Source of the DNA: Bacteroidia bacterium
Lineage (GTDB): Bacteria > Bacteroidota > Bacteroidia > UKL13-3
DNA: 64,000 bases
Assembly: GCA_044353855.1 (NCBI GenBank)
Contig: JBILBF010000001.1
Location: forward strand, 54,462-118,461
Direction of reading: 5' to 3'
Positions 46,187 to 56,480 of the stretch are shown piece after piece (the first letter of the stretch is position 1; the number at the start of each line of letters is the position of its first letter). The position numbers and the translations under genes are program-made. Under the pieces are notes generated by a model. That model saw only the letters and a program-made list of their open reading frames with translations. It was not told the DNA's origin and did not search any database.

Positions 46187-47446
46187 TTACTCCAAATCGT
46201 TACTCAACTTATACCTACAAATGCGGTTGTTTTTTTTGTCGGCAACAAACACCATTTTGCGAAAAAAACAAACCCCACTGGGATCGTTAAAACTAAAAGG
46301 TCCACTTGACGAACCATCGCTACCAGGGCCACCAAAACTTACAATGGCTTGCTTACGCAAACCCGAATTAGGCGGAGGATTTATGCCTTCATATCCTTGA
46401 TTGGTAAATATATAAAGCGAATCTGTTCCACTATCAACAATAAAAAGGTACTGTAAATTATCGGGTGAAATATAACAATCTTCTGGTTTTTTGAACCGCG
46501 AAGATTCGTATAAAAATCGATCTGCTTTGCTGTAATCAAAATTTAACAAAGAAGGAGTTTCACTGTATTGTGTTCCCAATTCAGGGTCGTCAAATACAGA
46601 AATGCCTAACACTCTATATTCAATAGGTTTAGTTTGATCTGCTTGTGCTATGTAAAAATTTTTACTCGTACTCATTCCTTGTAAACGTTGGGGTGGGCCT
46701 ACTGCCGTGGCAATAGAGGAAAGACCAATAGCCGATTTGATACTAGATGACGTTGGATTTAATCCTTGTGCATAGCCCGTATTTGTTCCTATAGCATCGT
46801 AAACCAAAACGCCATTATCAGGCCTTACAAATGAATTTAAATCATTAAGCGGTCCGGTACGGCATACATACAATGTATTATCAGCAATAGTAGCTAAGCC
46901 CGTAAATTGAACAGCTTCATCATTGGCAAAACGATTTCCTGTAGATGCTCTAGAATCATCACAAAGAGGATGAATAAGGGTATCTAAATATTGAACTACT
47001 CCTGCAGCTGTATTGGCTAAATGATACACACAAGCACGGTTTCCAAAACTCGTTTCTACACGACCTGTAACATAGGTGTGCAGACGTCTATCTTGGGTTA
47101 CATCAGTTGCTCCATTTATAGTTATGCGTTTACCAATTGCCCCTTTTTGATCTAAAATTACCAACTCGTTATCAGCAGGGTTTAGTTCATCATTCAGCAC
47201 TACTATATAAATGAACTCGTCATATCCTACATAAACGTCTACAGGGTTGGTAACTCCTTGAAAAAATGGAAACACGGGAACATAACCAACATTGCTTGGG
47301 TTTAAATTGGGGTCAATACTCCCTTGTTCGAATATTTCATTTACTTGATCATCCTCTTTACTGCCAAACAATGCTGAGCATGATGACATCAAAACTAAAC
47401 AGATGATAATGCCGAAATAAATTTTACCTTTTAATATATGTTGCAT
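46187..47446 (-). CDS. NHL-repeat (beta-propeller-like) lipoprotein, function unknown
   Basis: Lipoprotein signal LVLMSS|C. Repeats of the type LYVCRTGPLND, LFIVDSGTDSLYIF and VFVADKKNNRICRY. Its start codon overlaps the stop of the upstream PorV/PorQ-family gene (TAATG). Confidence 0.5.
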   Translation of the reverse strand: MQHILKGKIYFGIIICLVLMSSCSALFGSKEDDQVNEIFEQGSIDPNLNPSNVGYVPVFPFFQGVTNPVDVYVGYDEFIYIVVLNDELNPADNELVILDQKGAIGKRITINGATDVTQDRRLHTYVTGRVETSFGNRACVYHLANTAAGVVQYLDTLIHPLCDDSRASTGNRFANDEAVQFTGLATIADNTLYVCRTGPLNDLNSFVRPDNGVLVYDAIGTNTGYAQGLNPTSSSIKSAIGLSSIATAVGPPQRLQGMSTSKNFYIAQADQTKPIEYRVLGISVFDDPELGTQYSETPSLLNFDYSKADRFLYESSRFKKPEDCYISPDNLQYLFIVDSGTDSLYIFTNQGYEGINPPPNSGLRKQAIVSFGGPGSDGSSSGPFSFNDPSGVCFFRKMVFVADKKNNRICRYKLSNDLE

Positions 47447-48450
47447 TATCTAATAGTTAAAGCCAATGTTATGCGGTGATTATTGCCCAAATTATTTTTA
47501 GCTAAAAATCCGTAATCAATTGTAAAACCTCCAAAACTTCTGAGTATTTTTAATCCTATTCCAGCTGAAGGAGCGATATATTTTTCATCAGAACCAAACT
47601 CATATCCAGCTCTCAAAAATCCTGTTTTTAAATAGGTGTATTCCATGCCCAGTGCATAAGTTTCATTATTATCGGTAGGATGATTTAATTGGCCTGATGC
47701 AGTTAATACATGTTCGTTGGTATGGATGGGATCAAAAGCTGCACCTACTCTAAATATACCTGGAACCGTTACCGTGCTAAAACTTGTAATATCGGTTGGC
47801 CCATCAAATTTTAACACAGTTACATCACCAGATGGACTCACATTAAAACCGAAGTTGCTAAAGTTAATTCCGAAGCGAGTATGTTTTACACCCACATCAT
47901 ATTTTAAACCCAAATCAAATAATGCATTGTGAACCGTAACTCCCGCAAATCCTTCGTTGGCATATTTAGCATTTACACCAAAACTAAAACTATTGGTAAG
48001 TATTTTGGCGTACGTTAGCCCAACTAAATAGTTAGCCACAGTAAATTGTCGACCAGTTCCTTGCGATTCAAATTCTGTTGTTTCATCCATAGTTCCAAAG
48101 TTCATAGAGAATACTTGAATACCCACAAAGGAAAGTTTTCCAACTTTAAATACAGAACCAACAAAATTGGAACTTGTATTACCAAAATACCGAGTATGCG
48201 AAGTCATAATATTAACCTTTCCTGTATCCACTTGAGTTATAGCTGCTGGATTCCAATACATAGCAGATACATCATTCGTAATAGCAACTGCTGAACCTCC
48301 CAACGACATTCCTCGAGCATCGGGACTTATTTTTAAAAACTGCATACCCGAACCACCCGTGCGAGAGTTGCCGAAAGTAGGAAGTATTTGGGCCTTAACA
48401 ATGGAAAGACCAAAACATACAAAAACTAAAATAAAATTTAAGCCACGCAT
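47446..48450 (-). CDS. PorV/PorQ-family outer-membrane beta-barrel protein (PorQ-like size, 334 aa)
   Basis: Signal peptide ...IVKA|Q. N-terminal FLKISPDARGMSLGGSAVAI..DVSAMYWNPAAI motif typical of the T9SS PorV/PorQ (FadL-like) family. Predicted beta-barrel. PorQ assigned over PorV on size alone. Confidence 0.5.
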   Translation of the reverse strand: MRGLNFILVFVCFGLSIVKAQILPTFGNSRTGGSGMQFLKISPDARGMSLGGSAVAITNDVSAMYWNPAAITQVDTGKVNIMTSHTRYFGNTSSNFVGSVFKVGKLSFVGIQVFSMNFGTMDETTEFESQGTGRQFTVANYLVGLTYAKILTNSFSFGVNAKYANEGFAGVTVHNALFDLGLKYDVGVKHTRFGINFSNFGFNVSPSGDVTVLKFDGPTDITSFSTVTVPGIFRVGAAFDPIHTNEHVLTASGQLNHPTDNNETYALGMEYTYLKTGFLRAGYEFGSDEKYIAPSAGIGLKILRSFGGFTIDYGFLAKNNLGNNHRITLALTIR

Positions 48451-48559
48451 TTAGGAAGGCAAAATAAAGGCAAAAATTGGAAATCCCGATGTTATTAAAA
48501 AGTGAATTTGTAATGTGACAATAAAAGACTCAATTTGCAAGCACTATTATTCAACTTAA

Positions 48560-50137
48560 ATGTCGGGAAAATTTCACCTTCAACTTCTTTCAATCAGTAT
48601 TTTAAGTTCAATTTTACTTATCGTAAGCTGGCAACCTTATTCATTTACGCTTGTATTATTTGGGGCGTTTATTCCTTTATTGTTTGTCGAAAAAAAATTG
48701 CGTAACACTCAAAAACACGTTGGTTGGTTATTTTTATATGCTTTCATTACTTTTTTTACATGGAATATAGGCACAACTTATTGGCTTTGGAATGCTACAG
48801 TTGAAGGAGCATATGCTGCGTTTACCATAAATACCTTGTTAATGTGTTTGCCCGTTCTTGTTTACCACTATTACGCTAAACGGGTAGTTGCTGCAAATTC
48901 CGAATGGATTTTTATTGTAACTTGGTTATCGTTTGAATATTTGCACCATACTTGGGAATTTAGCTGGCCCTGGCTGAGCCTAGGAAATGCATTTGCTCCG
49001 TATACTTGGGCTATACAATGGTATGAAATTACGGGTGTAATGGGTGGCAGTTTTTGGGTATTGTTTGCAAATATTAAAGTGTTTAGGCTCATTGATAAAT
49101 GGAATGAAAATAGTCAGCGAATCAATATTTCGAGAGCGATGAACTTGCTTTTTTTTATAGGCGTTGCTCCACTATTTTTGTCGTGGTATGTTTTGGATCA
49201 GTACAAACAGGTTGGTATTCCGATGAATGTAACTGTTGTTCAACCCAATATTGATCCGTATACTGATAAATTTAACGGTCAAACACCCCAACAACAAACA
49301 CAAACGTTATTGACATTAGCAAACGGGGCATCTGATAGTTCAACCCGCCTCATTTGTTTTCCAGAAACAGCTTTGCAAGGTGGTTTGGATGAAAAGCAAT
49401 TGTTGTATGAAGAAACAGTTCAACAAGTCAAACAATTTGTAGCTGTACATCCAAATATGTCCATTTTAAGTGGAGCAGATACCTATACCTTTTATCCTGT
49501 TGCTGATAAAACTTTTTCGGCACGTAAATACAATGATGAACTTTACTATGATGCATTTAATACTGCATTACTAATAGATAAATCTGATAGTATTCAACTA
49601 TACCACAAAGCAAAATTAGTTCCTGGAGTTGAAAGTATGCCTTATCAACAAGCTCTCGATTTTTTAGGCGAAGCAGCCATCAATTTAGGAGGCACAGCCG
49701 GAAGTTTAGGAAGAAATACCGAGGCAGAAAACTTTGATATAGGCAATAATCAATGGGTGGCCCCTGTTATTTGTTATGAAAGTGTATTTGGTGAATATAT
49801 AGCAACGTATGTGCGCAAAGGAGCAGGTTTATTATGTGTAGTAACCAATGATGGCTGGTGGGGTAATACTCCGGGACATAGGCAACATTTTGATTATGCC
49901 CGATTGAGAGCCATTGAAACACGAAGGTATATTGCGCGTTCAGCCAATACAGGCATTTCTGGATTTATTGATGATAAAGGGAATGTTCTATCTGAAACTA
50001 AATGGTGGATTCCCGATGCACAACAAGCAACTTTATATTACCAAACACACCTAACTTTTTATGTAAAGTACGCTACTTATATTGAGTTACTTCCAGTATT
50101 GATATTGTTATTGGCAGTGTTAAGAGGCAAAAGATAA
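48560..50137 (+). CDS. lnt: Apolipoprotein N-acyltransferase
   Basis: N-terminal multi-TM region and C-terminal CN-hydrolase domain (ICYESVFGE). Confidence 0.8.
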   Translation: MSGKFHLQLLSISILSSILLIVSWQPYSFTLVLFGAFIPLLFVEKKLRNTQKHVGWLFLYAFITFFTWNIGTTYWLWNATVEGAYAAFTINTLLMCLPVLVYHYYAKRVVAANSEWIFIVTWLSFEYLHHTWEFSWPWLSLGNAFAPYTWAIQWYEITGVMGGSFWVLFANIKVFRLIDKWNENSQRINISRAMNLLFFIGVAPLFLSWYVLDQYKQVGIPMNVTVVQPNIDPYTDKFNGQTPQQQTQTLLTLANGASDSSTRLICFPETALQGGLDEKQLLYEETVQQVKQFVAVHPNMSILSGADTYTFYPVADKTFSARKYNDELYYDAFNTALLIDKSDSIQLYHKAKLVPGVESMPYQQALDFLGEAAINLGGTAGSLGRNTEAENFDIGNNQWVAPVICYESVFGEYIATYVRKGAGLLCVVTNDGWWGNTPGHRQHFDYARLRAIETRRYIARSANTGISGFIDDKGNVLSETKWWIPDAQQATLYYQTHLTFYVKYATYIELLPVLILLLAVLRGKR

Positions 50138-50182
50138 TATTACAATTAACCGTTTTTTTATTAAAAACTACTCCTAAAAAAC

Positions 50183-51382
50183 TTACACTTTTTCAAAAAC
50201 AATAGCCACTCCTTGACCAACACCAATGCACATAGTTGCCACTCCATATTGTATCTGTTGTTTTTGCATTTCGTAAAGTAAGGTAGTTGCTATACGAGTA
50301 CCACTTGCACCCAGTGGATGTCCTAAAGCAATGGCACCCCCGTTTACATTTACAATAGTGGAATCAATATGCAAATCGTGCATACAAGCTATACTTTGAG
50401 AGGCAAATGCCTCGTTTAGCTCAAATAAACCAATATCACTCATTTTTAGGCCTGCACGTTGCACCGCCTTTTGTGTTGCAGGTACCGGACCCATTCCCAT
50501 AATGGCAGGATCAACACCAGCCACTCCTCTACTCACCACTCGTGCTAATGGTTTTAAATTGTATTTTTTTACAGCTTCTTCACTTGCTAAAATCATAGCA
50601 GCTGCTCCATCATTTACACCACTCGCATTACCAGCCGTTACGGTTCCACCTTCTTTTTTAAAGGCGGGTTTGAGTTTAGCTAAATCATCTATTGTTCCCA
50701 ATCTAGGGTGTTCGTCTTTGACAAATAAAATGGTATCACCTTTTTTTTGTGGAATTGGAACCCCAACCATCTCTTCAGCAAACTTATTAGCTGCTTGTGC
50801 TGCTGCATATTTTTGTTGAGATGAAAAGGCAAAAGCATCTTGTTCTTCACGGCTAATTTTCCAACGTTCAGCAACATTTTCTGCTGTTTCACCCATAGCA
50901 AAAGGATGGTACATTGCTGCCAATTTTTTATTGGTAAAACGCCAACCAATGGTGGTATCATATATTTCGGGTGTACGACCAAAAGCACTATCCGATTTTG
51001 CCATTACAAAGGGTGCACGAGTCATGCTTTCTACTCCTCCGGCAATGTAAATTTCACCATCACCAGCTATAATACTTCGACTAGCATCTAAAATTGCTTG
51101 CAACCCTGAAGCACATAAACGATTTACGGTATTGCCACCTACTGAAACTGGTAATCCAGCCATCAATGCAGCCATACGAGCAACGTTGCGGTTATCTTCT
51201 CCAGCTTGGTTAGCTGCACCAAATATTACATCTTCAATTTCATTTACATCAACTTGTGGGTTGCGGTTTATTAATGCTTTAATAATATGTGCAGCTAAAT
51301 CATCTGGACGAATAGAACTTAATGCACCCGCGTACTTACCAATAGGAGTTCGAACGGCATCTACAACATAAACTGTTTTCAT
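50183..51382 (-). CDS. Acetyl-CoA C-acyltransferase (thiolase)
   Basis: MKTVYVVDAVRTPIGK start (the ORF track extends to 51415). Thiolase motifs NRLCASG and GGAIALGHPLGASG. Confidence 0.9.
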   Translation of the reverse strand: MKTVYVVDAVRTPIGKYAGALSSIRPDDLAAHIIKALINRNPQVDVNEIEDVIFGAANQAGEDNRNVARMAALMAGLPVSVGGNTVNRLCASGLQAILDASRSIIAGDGEIYIAGGVESMTRAPFVMAKSDSAFGRTPEIYDTTIGWRFTNKKLAAMYHPFAMGETAENVAERWKISREEQDAFAFSSQQKYAAAQAANKFAEEMVGVPIPQKKGDTILFVKDEHPRLGTIDDLAKLKPAFKKEGGTVTAGNASGVNDGAAAMILASEEAVKKYNLKPLARVVSRGVAGVDPAIMGMGPVPATQKAVQRAGLKMSDIGLFELNEAFASQSIACMHDLHIDSTIVNVNGGAIALGHPLGASGTRIATTLLYEMQKQQIQYGVATMCIGVGQGVAIVFEKV

Positions 51383-51525
51383 ACTAATTATTATAATCCA
51401 TGTTCCATAGTTCATGGGAGTTATACGCCTTATTTTTTTGTTAAATAGCTATGGACTATCAACTATTCTTAAAGGAAATCTACCTGCAAATGTATCATTT
51501 TTAAGATAATTGAAATTTTACGGTA

Positions 51526-51543
51526 TTTTCGCATTCTAATTTT
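51526..51543. promoter_or_regulatory. TTTTCGCATTCTAATTTT element (a variant of the TCGAATTTCGA family) just upstream of the 51550 gene
   Basis: It aligns to ATTTCGCAATTCGATTTT at 53894-53911 with one indel and two mismatches. It ends 6 nt before the ATG. Confidence 0.35.
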
Positions 51544-51549
51544 GACCAT

Positions 51550-52032
51550 ATGATCCAACGCCTTCAAACCATTTATTTTATTGCTATTATTTTCATTTGT
51601 GCCATGGCCTGTGGCGGTTCGCTCATTAATGTGCACCAAATGAGCGAAGGCTTGGTTAAAGATTATATCATGAATTTGGTTTATTTACGCTCTTATGAAA
51701 ATGGAATATTGGTAGCAACAGCTATTCAATATGAATTGATAGCCGTGGTTTCAATTATATTAGGTTGGACCATCAATATTATTTTAGGATTTAAAAACCG
51801 CAAACGTCAATTATTTCACACTAAAATTAATTTTTTATTTATTGCCATATTAATTGTGGTGTTATTTATTAAAGCTTTTACAACTATTCCAAATTTTGCT
51901 TTTAATACGTTAAGCATGCAATCTACTTTTGGGTTAGCATTATTGTTTTTTATGCTTTATTTAAATCTAAGGGCATTATTGCTTATTCGCAAAGATGAAG
52001 AACTGGTAAAAAGTGCGGACCGCATTCGCTAA
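51550..52032 (+). CDS. Small 4-TM membrane protein (possibly DUF4293)
   Basis: Hydropathy shows four TM helices. The MIQRLQTIYF start resembles the DUF4293 family; assignment from memory. Confidence 0.4.
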   Translation: MIQRLQTIYFIAIIFICAMACGGSLINVHQMSEGLVKDYIMNLVYLRSYENGILVATAIQYELIAVVSIILGWTINIILGFKNRKRQLFHTKINFLFIAILIVVLFIKAFTTIPNFAFNTLSMQSTFGLALLFFMLYLNLRALLLIRKDEELVKSADRIR

Positions 52033-52149
52033 CATTCAAATAAAGAAGTACATTATCTGATTGACTGTTCTTTTTTTAATATGCTAATTTGTAGTAACAC
52101 ATAATTTTCAATTTAAATAATCAGTAACCTGTTTTAATTTTAAACCCTA

Positions 52150-52179
52150 TCGAATTTCGATGTTAGAATTTCGATTTTC
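52150..52179. promoter_or_regulatory. TCGAATTTCGA and GAATTTCGATTTT motifs upstream of thiL
   Basis: Two units, at 52150-52160 and 52165-52179. The second ends 11 nt before the ATG. Confidence 0.4.
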
Positions 52180-52190
52180 CTTTATTAAAA

Positions 52191-53225
52191 ATGCTAGAAA
52201 ACAATACACGCACAGAATTAAGTTCGCTTGGCGAATTTGGGTTAATTGACTTATTGACAGCCAATATAAAACTGCACCACACCTCAACCATAATGGGAGT
52301 TGGAGATGATGCAGCTGTTATCAAAAATGGAGATGTATGCACAGTCGTGTCTACCGATTTATTGCTTGAAGGAGTTCATTTTGACCTTTCGTTTTTTCCT
52401 TTAAAACATTTGGGATACAAAGCAATTGTTGCAAACCTAAGTGATATATATGCTATGAATGCAACGCCAAAACAAGTTACCATTTCACTTGGTGTTTCAA
52501 GCAAGTTTTCATTAGAAGCAATTGAAGAATTATATGCTGGTATGTTATTGGCTTGCGAAAAATATAATGTAGATATTGTTGGAGGTGATACGTCATCATC
52601 GCGCCAAGGATTGCTCATTAGCATTACAGCAATTGGAGAAGCAAAACAAGAAGATATTGTATACCGCAGCGGGGCAAAAGAGTTTGACCTTCTTTGTGTA
52701 AGTGGCGATTTGGGTGGAGCATACATGGGCTTTCAGGTATTGGAACGTGAAAAACGAGTATTTATTGATAACCCAGAACAACAACCCGATATTGACGGGT
52801 ATGATTATATTTTGGAACGCCAATTAAAACCCGAAGCACGACAAGATATTATTGAAATGCTTAAAGGATTATCTATCAAACCAACCTCTATGATTGATAT
52901 TAGTGATGGGTTGGCTTCCGAAATTTTTCATTTAGCATCCAAATCAAATGTAGGGGCAAACTTATTTGAAGAAAAGATTCCTATAGACCCGATGACGTAT
53001 AATACAGCCCGCGAACTAGATCTTGATCCGACCCTAACAGCATTGAGCGGTGGCGAAGATTATGAGTTGTTGTTTACAATCAAACAGGAAGATTTTGATA
53101 AGATTAAAAACAACCCCGACATTACCGTTATTGGACATATTACCGATGTTAAAGAAGGTGTTCACATGATTTCTAAAAGCGGTAATAAACATGCTCTTAA
53201 AGCACAAGGTTGGAAAGCGTTTTAG
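52191..53225 (+). CDS. thiL: Thiamine-monophosphate kinase
   Basis: GEFGLID..L, GVGDDAAV and DLLLEGVHF motifs of the PurM-like ThiL family. Confidence 0.85.
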   Translation: MLENNTRTELSSLGEFGLIDLLTANIKLHHTSTIMGVGDDAAVIKNGDVCTVVSTDLLLEGVHFDLSFFPLKHLGYKAIVANLSDIYAMNATPKQVTISLGVSSKFSLEAIEELYAGMLLACEKYNVDIVGGDTSSSRQGLLISITAIGEAKQEDIVYRSGAKEFDLLCVSGDLGGAYMGFQVLEREKRVFIDNPEQQPDIDGYDYILERQLKPEARQDIIEMLKGLSIKPTSMIDISDGLASEIFHLASKSNVGANLFEEKIPIDPMTYNTARELDLDPTLTALSGGEDYELLFTIKQEDFDKIKNNPDITVIGHITDVKEGVHMISKSGNKHALKAQGWKAF

Positions 53226-53279
53226 AAAATCAATCCTAAATACATGAGAAACTAAAAAATTGTTAACACTAAGCTCCAC

Positions 53280-53696
53280 ATGCCACGCATACTAGCCATC
53301 GATTATGGAACCAAACGAGTTGGATTAGCAGTTACTGATCCTCTTAAATTGATTGCAAATACGCTTACAACTGTTCATGCAAAAGATGCTATTCAATACC
53401 TTAAAGATTATTTAGCCAAAGAGGAAGTTGACTGTTTTGTGGTTGGGAAACCGATGCGTTTGGATGGCACCGACTCTCAATCTGCGGTTCATGTTGAAAA
53501 ATTTATACATTTGCTGGGTAAAAATTTTCCAACAATTCCGGTGAATAGAGTTGATGAACGATTTACATCGGCTATTGCCAAAAGAAGCATGTTAGAAATG
53601 GGGTTAAAAAAGAAAGACCGTGCTAATAAGTCGACTGTTGACCAAATAAGTGCGGTGTTAATTTTGCAAACTTTTTTGCAGATGCAGGGGAATTAA
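53280..53696 (+). CDS. ruvX: Putative pre-16S rRNA nuclease / Holliday junction resolvase-like protein
   Basis: ILAIDYGTKRVGLAVTD N-terminus (YqgF/RuvX). Confidence 0.9.
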   Translation: MPRILAIDYGTKRVGLAVTDPLKLIANTLTTVHAKDAIQYLKDYLAKEEVDCFVVGKPMRLDGTDSQSAVHVEKFIHLLGKNFPTIPVNRVDERFTSAIAKRSMLEMGLKKKDRANKSTVDQISAVLILQTFLQMQGN

Positions 53697-53748
53697 GTAA
53701 TCGGGTTAGTTACCAAAGATTATTACTAATTGAGTAGTGTATTTGACA

Positions 53749-53762
53749 GTGAAAATTTTCAC
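53749..53762. promoter_or_regulatory. Perfect 14-bp palindrome GTGAAAATTTTCAC in the ruvX-def spacer
   Basis: Sits inside an outer imperfect inverted repeat CGGGTTAGTTAC (53702-53713) / GTAGTAACCCG (53786-53796). Confidence 0.4.
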
Positions 53763-53893
53763 GGGAATACAAAGTATATATTTTTGTAGTAACCCGTTGC
53801 GATGTTAACTAAAGATAAATAAATATAATCCGTGTAATCAGCGGCTAAAAAATAATTGAAAGACTTAAGTGCGTTTCATTTCGTATTTTTGAC

Positions 53894-53911
53894 ATTTCGC
53901 AATTCGATTTT
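53894..53911. promoter_or_regulatory. ATTTCGCAATTCGATTTT element (TCGAATTTCGA family) immediately upstream of def
   Basis: Ends 3 nt before the def ATG. Confidence 0.35.
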
Positions 53912-53914
53912 AAA

Positions 53915-54469
53915 ATGATATTACCCATTGTAGCATACGGAGATACCGTATTGAGAAAAAAAGGAACATTGCTTAGCAAAGATCATGATGGCTTAGAAAT
54001 GCTTATTGAAAGCATGTGGGAAACCATGTATGAATCAAATGGAGTGGGATTGGCTGCTCCTCAAATTGGCAAATCCCTTAATTTATTTGTAGTTGATGCA
54101 ACTCCTATGGAAGACCCTAACTACACTGAATTTAAAAAAGTATTTATCAATGCCGAAATCATAGAAGAGTTTGGTGATAAATGGGAATACGAAGAAGGCT
54201 GTTTATCCATTCCGCATATTAGAGATAATGTTAAGAGATATTCGGATATAGTGGTTCGGTATATGGATGAAAACTTTGTGGAACATGAAGAAGAATTTAA
54301 CGGCATGCCGGCCCGTGTAATCCAACATGAATATGACCATATTAATGGCGTTTTATTTGTAGATCACCTCTCGGAACTTAGAAAACGATTACTTAAAAAT
54401 AAACTCATTAACATATCAAAAGGAGGAGTGGATGTAGATTACCGCATGCGATTTCCAGCTATTCGATAA
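53915..54469 (+). CDS. def: Peptide deformylase
   Basis: GVGLAAPQIG, EGCLSIP and QHEYDHINGVLF (HExxH) motifs. Confidence 0.9.
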   Translation: MILPIVAYGDTVLRKKGTLLSKDHDGLEMLIESMWETMYESNGVGLAAPQIGKSLNLFVVDATPMEDPNYTEFKKVFINAEIIEEFGDKWEYEEGCLSIPHIRDNVKRYSDIVVRYMDENFVEHEEEFNGMPARVIQHEYDHINGVLFVDHLSELRKRLLKNKLINISKGGVDVDYRMRFPAIR

Positions 54470-54558
54470 TTCAATGTAAATAATTTTCGGTTTTTTTGTA
54501 TTTATGCAATTGGTTTAAAACTTTAATACGTTATTTTTAAACCAACGATTGGCAAATA

Positions 54559-56472
54559 ATGAAGTTGCCAACGGACCAAAACAACACAGCTATGCAACAA
54601 ATATTTCCTTCATTGCATTATTTTTTACGTAATGCAGCAGACAACTTAAAATCGCCTCAAAGCACATTTTTACTAGAAAAGGTTAAGAATGTCTACAAAA
54701 CAATTACATATGCCGAAGTCTTTGAACAACTCAATGCTATTTCGGCTTTTTTGTATAACAAGGGTTACAAAAAAGGCGATAAGGCTGCCCTTATTATTGA
54801 AAATTGTCCGGAATACATTGCATTTGATCAAGCATTAATGCAACTAGGTGTTGTAAATGTATCCATTTACCCAACTTTATCAGAGAGTGAAATTGAATAT
54901 ATTTTAAATGATTCGGAATCAAAAATAATTTTAGTAGGCACACCCTTTTTACTCAAAAAAATTAATAAAATAAAAGGCAATTGCCCTCACCTACAATATA
55001 TCATTACCACTTTTGATCCTCCTCAACTTTCAGACGCTCATCATACCTATCAACAAATGGTGGAAGAAGGGAAAATCTTGTATCCTTCTTTGCAACAAAA
55101 AATTGAACAACAGCTAGAATCTGTAACTGCAGATGATTTGTCTTGTTTGTTATATACTTCTGGAACTACTGCAAAACCTAAAGGTGCAATGCTATCTCAT
55201 GGTAATTTTATGAGTAACGTTATAATGGCCATTGAAATGATGCCTATTGTAAATAAGGAATATCGGTTTCTTTCCTTTTTACCTTTATGCCATGTTTATG
55301 AACGAACTGCCACTTATTATTTGAGTACATATGTAGGTTCTGAAATTGCATTTGCACAAAGCCTTGAGGCATTAAGTAGTAATATTATGGAAGTAAAACC
55401 TACAGGTATTCTTACTGTTCCAAGATTGCTTGAAAGAATTGAAGAACGTGTTCGTAAAAACACGGCAACTGCTGGTGGTATTAAACTCAAAATTTTTAAC
55501 TGGGCATTAAACGTTGGTGAACAACGTAGGCATAATAAAGAAGAAGGAAGAACCAATAGCTTGTGGCTAAACCTACAATTACCAATTGCCGAGAAATTGG
55601 TTTTTTCAAAAGTAAAAGAAAAATTGGGCGGCAATATGAGTATTATGATATCAGGTGGTGGTGCATTGCCACAACATGTTGGCGAATTTTTTGGAAATAT
55701 TGGTGTACTCGTGTGCGAAGGTTATGGCCTCACCGAAACATCTCCATTGGTGAGTGTGAACGAATTTGAACGCCAAATTTATGGCTCAGTTGGGCGAGTT
55801 GGAAAAGGCTGTTCGGTAGCTATTCAACATCCTGAGACAAAAGAAATCTTCACTGTACAAACCTATGATTCATATAGCCCCGATTTTGAATCTGTTGAGG
55901 GAGAAATTTTGGTTAAAGGGCCAAACGTAATGAAAGGATATTACAACCAACCCGAACAAACTGCTAAAGCTATTGATGAAAATGGATGGTTGCATACTGG
56001 TGATGTAGGCAAATTTTACAAAGGCTATTTAAAAATTACCGACCGCATCAAAAACATTATAGTAAACTCATTTGGTAAAAATGTATATCCTACACCCATA
56101 GAAAATGCTTACTTAAAATCGAATAAAATAGAACAACTGTTTTTAATTGGCGATAATCAAGAATATTTAACAGCCATCGTTGTTCCGTCTAAAGAAGAAA
56201 TGAAAGATGTGTTTAATTATGATGAATCCTATTTTGCTGAATCGGATGACTTTATTGCTGATCCAACAATAAAAGAATGGCTAGAAATAGACATGAAAAA
56301 TATTGAAAAAACATTAGGGAAATTTGAACGTGTAAAAGAATTTATTGTAAAACGTAGGCCTTTTAGTTTAGAAGACGGAGAAGTTACTCCTACCCAAAAA
56401 ATTAAACGTAAAATTGTTGAGCAAAAATACGCACCTGCTATTCAAAAAATGTATGTTAACATTGTCGATTAA
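54559..56472 (+). CDS. Long-chain-fatty-acid--CoA ligase (AMP-dependent synthetase)
   Basis: AMP-binding motif LYTSGTTAKPKGAM and adenylate-forming-enzyme core. An alternative start is at 54592 (MQQIF). Confidence 0.75.
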   Translation: MKLPTDQNNTAMQQIFPSLHYFLRNAADNLKSPQSTFLLEKVKNVYKTITYAEVFEQLNAISAFLYNKGYKKGDKAALIIENCPEYIAFDQALMQLGVVNVSIYPTLSESEIEYILNDSESKIILVGTPFLLKKINKIKGNCPHLQYIITTFDPPQLSDAHHTYQQMVEEGKILYPSLQQKIEQQLESVTADDLSCLLYTSGTTAKPKGAMLSHGNFMSNVIMAIEMMPIVNKEYRFLSFLPLCHVYERTATYYLSTYVGSEIAFAQSLEALSSNIMEVKPTGILTVPRLLERIEERVRKNTATAGGIKLKIFNWALNVGEQRRHNKEEGRTNSLWLNLQLPIAEKLVFSKVKEKLGGNMSIMISGGGALPQHVGEFFGNIGVLVCEGYGLTETSPLVSVNEFERQIYGSVGRVGKGCSVAIQHPETKEIFTVQTYDSYSPDFESVEGEILVKGPNVMKGYYNQPEQTAKAIDENGWLHTGDVGKFYKGYLKITDRIKNIIVNSFGKNVYPTPIENAYLKSNKIEQLFLIGDNQEYLTAIVVPSKEEMKDVFNYDESYFAESDDFIADPTIKEWLEIDMKNIEKTLGKFERVKEFIVKRRPFSLEDGEVTPTQKIKRKIVEQKYAPAIQKMYVNIVD

Positions 56473-56480
56473 CACTTCAA

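Noticed and set aside
46131-46400. 89-aa plus-strand ORF overlapping the 3' end of the NHL lipoprotein gene
   Set aside because: It overlaps the terminator hairpin and the antisense of a better-supported gene, and its product is low-complexity.
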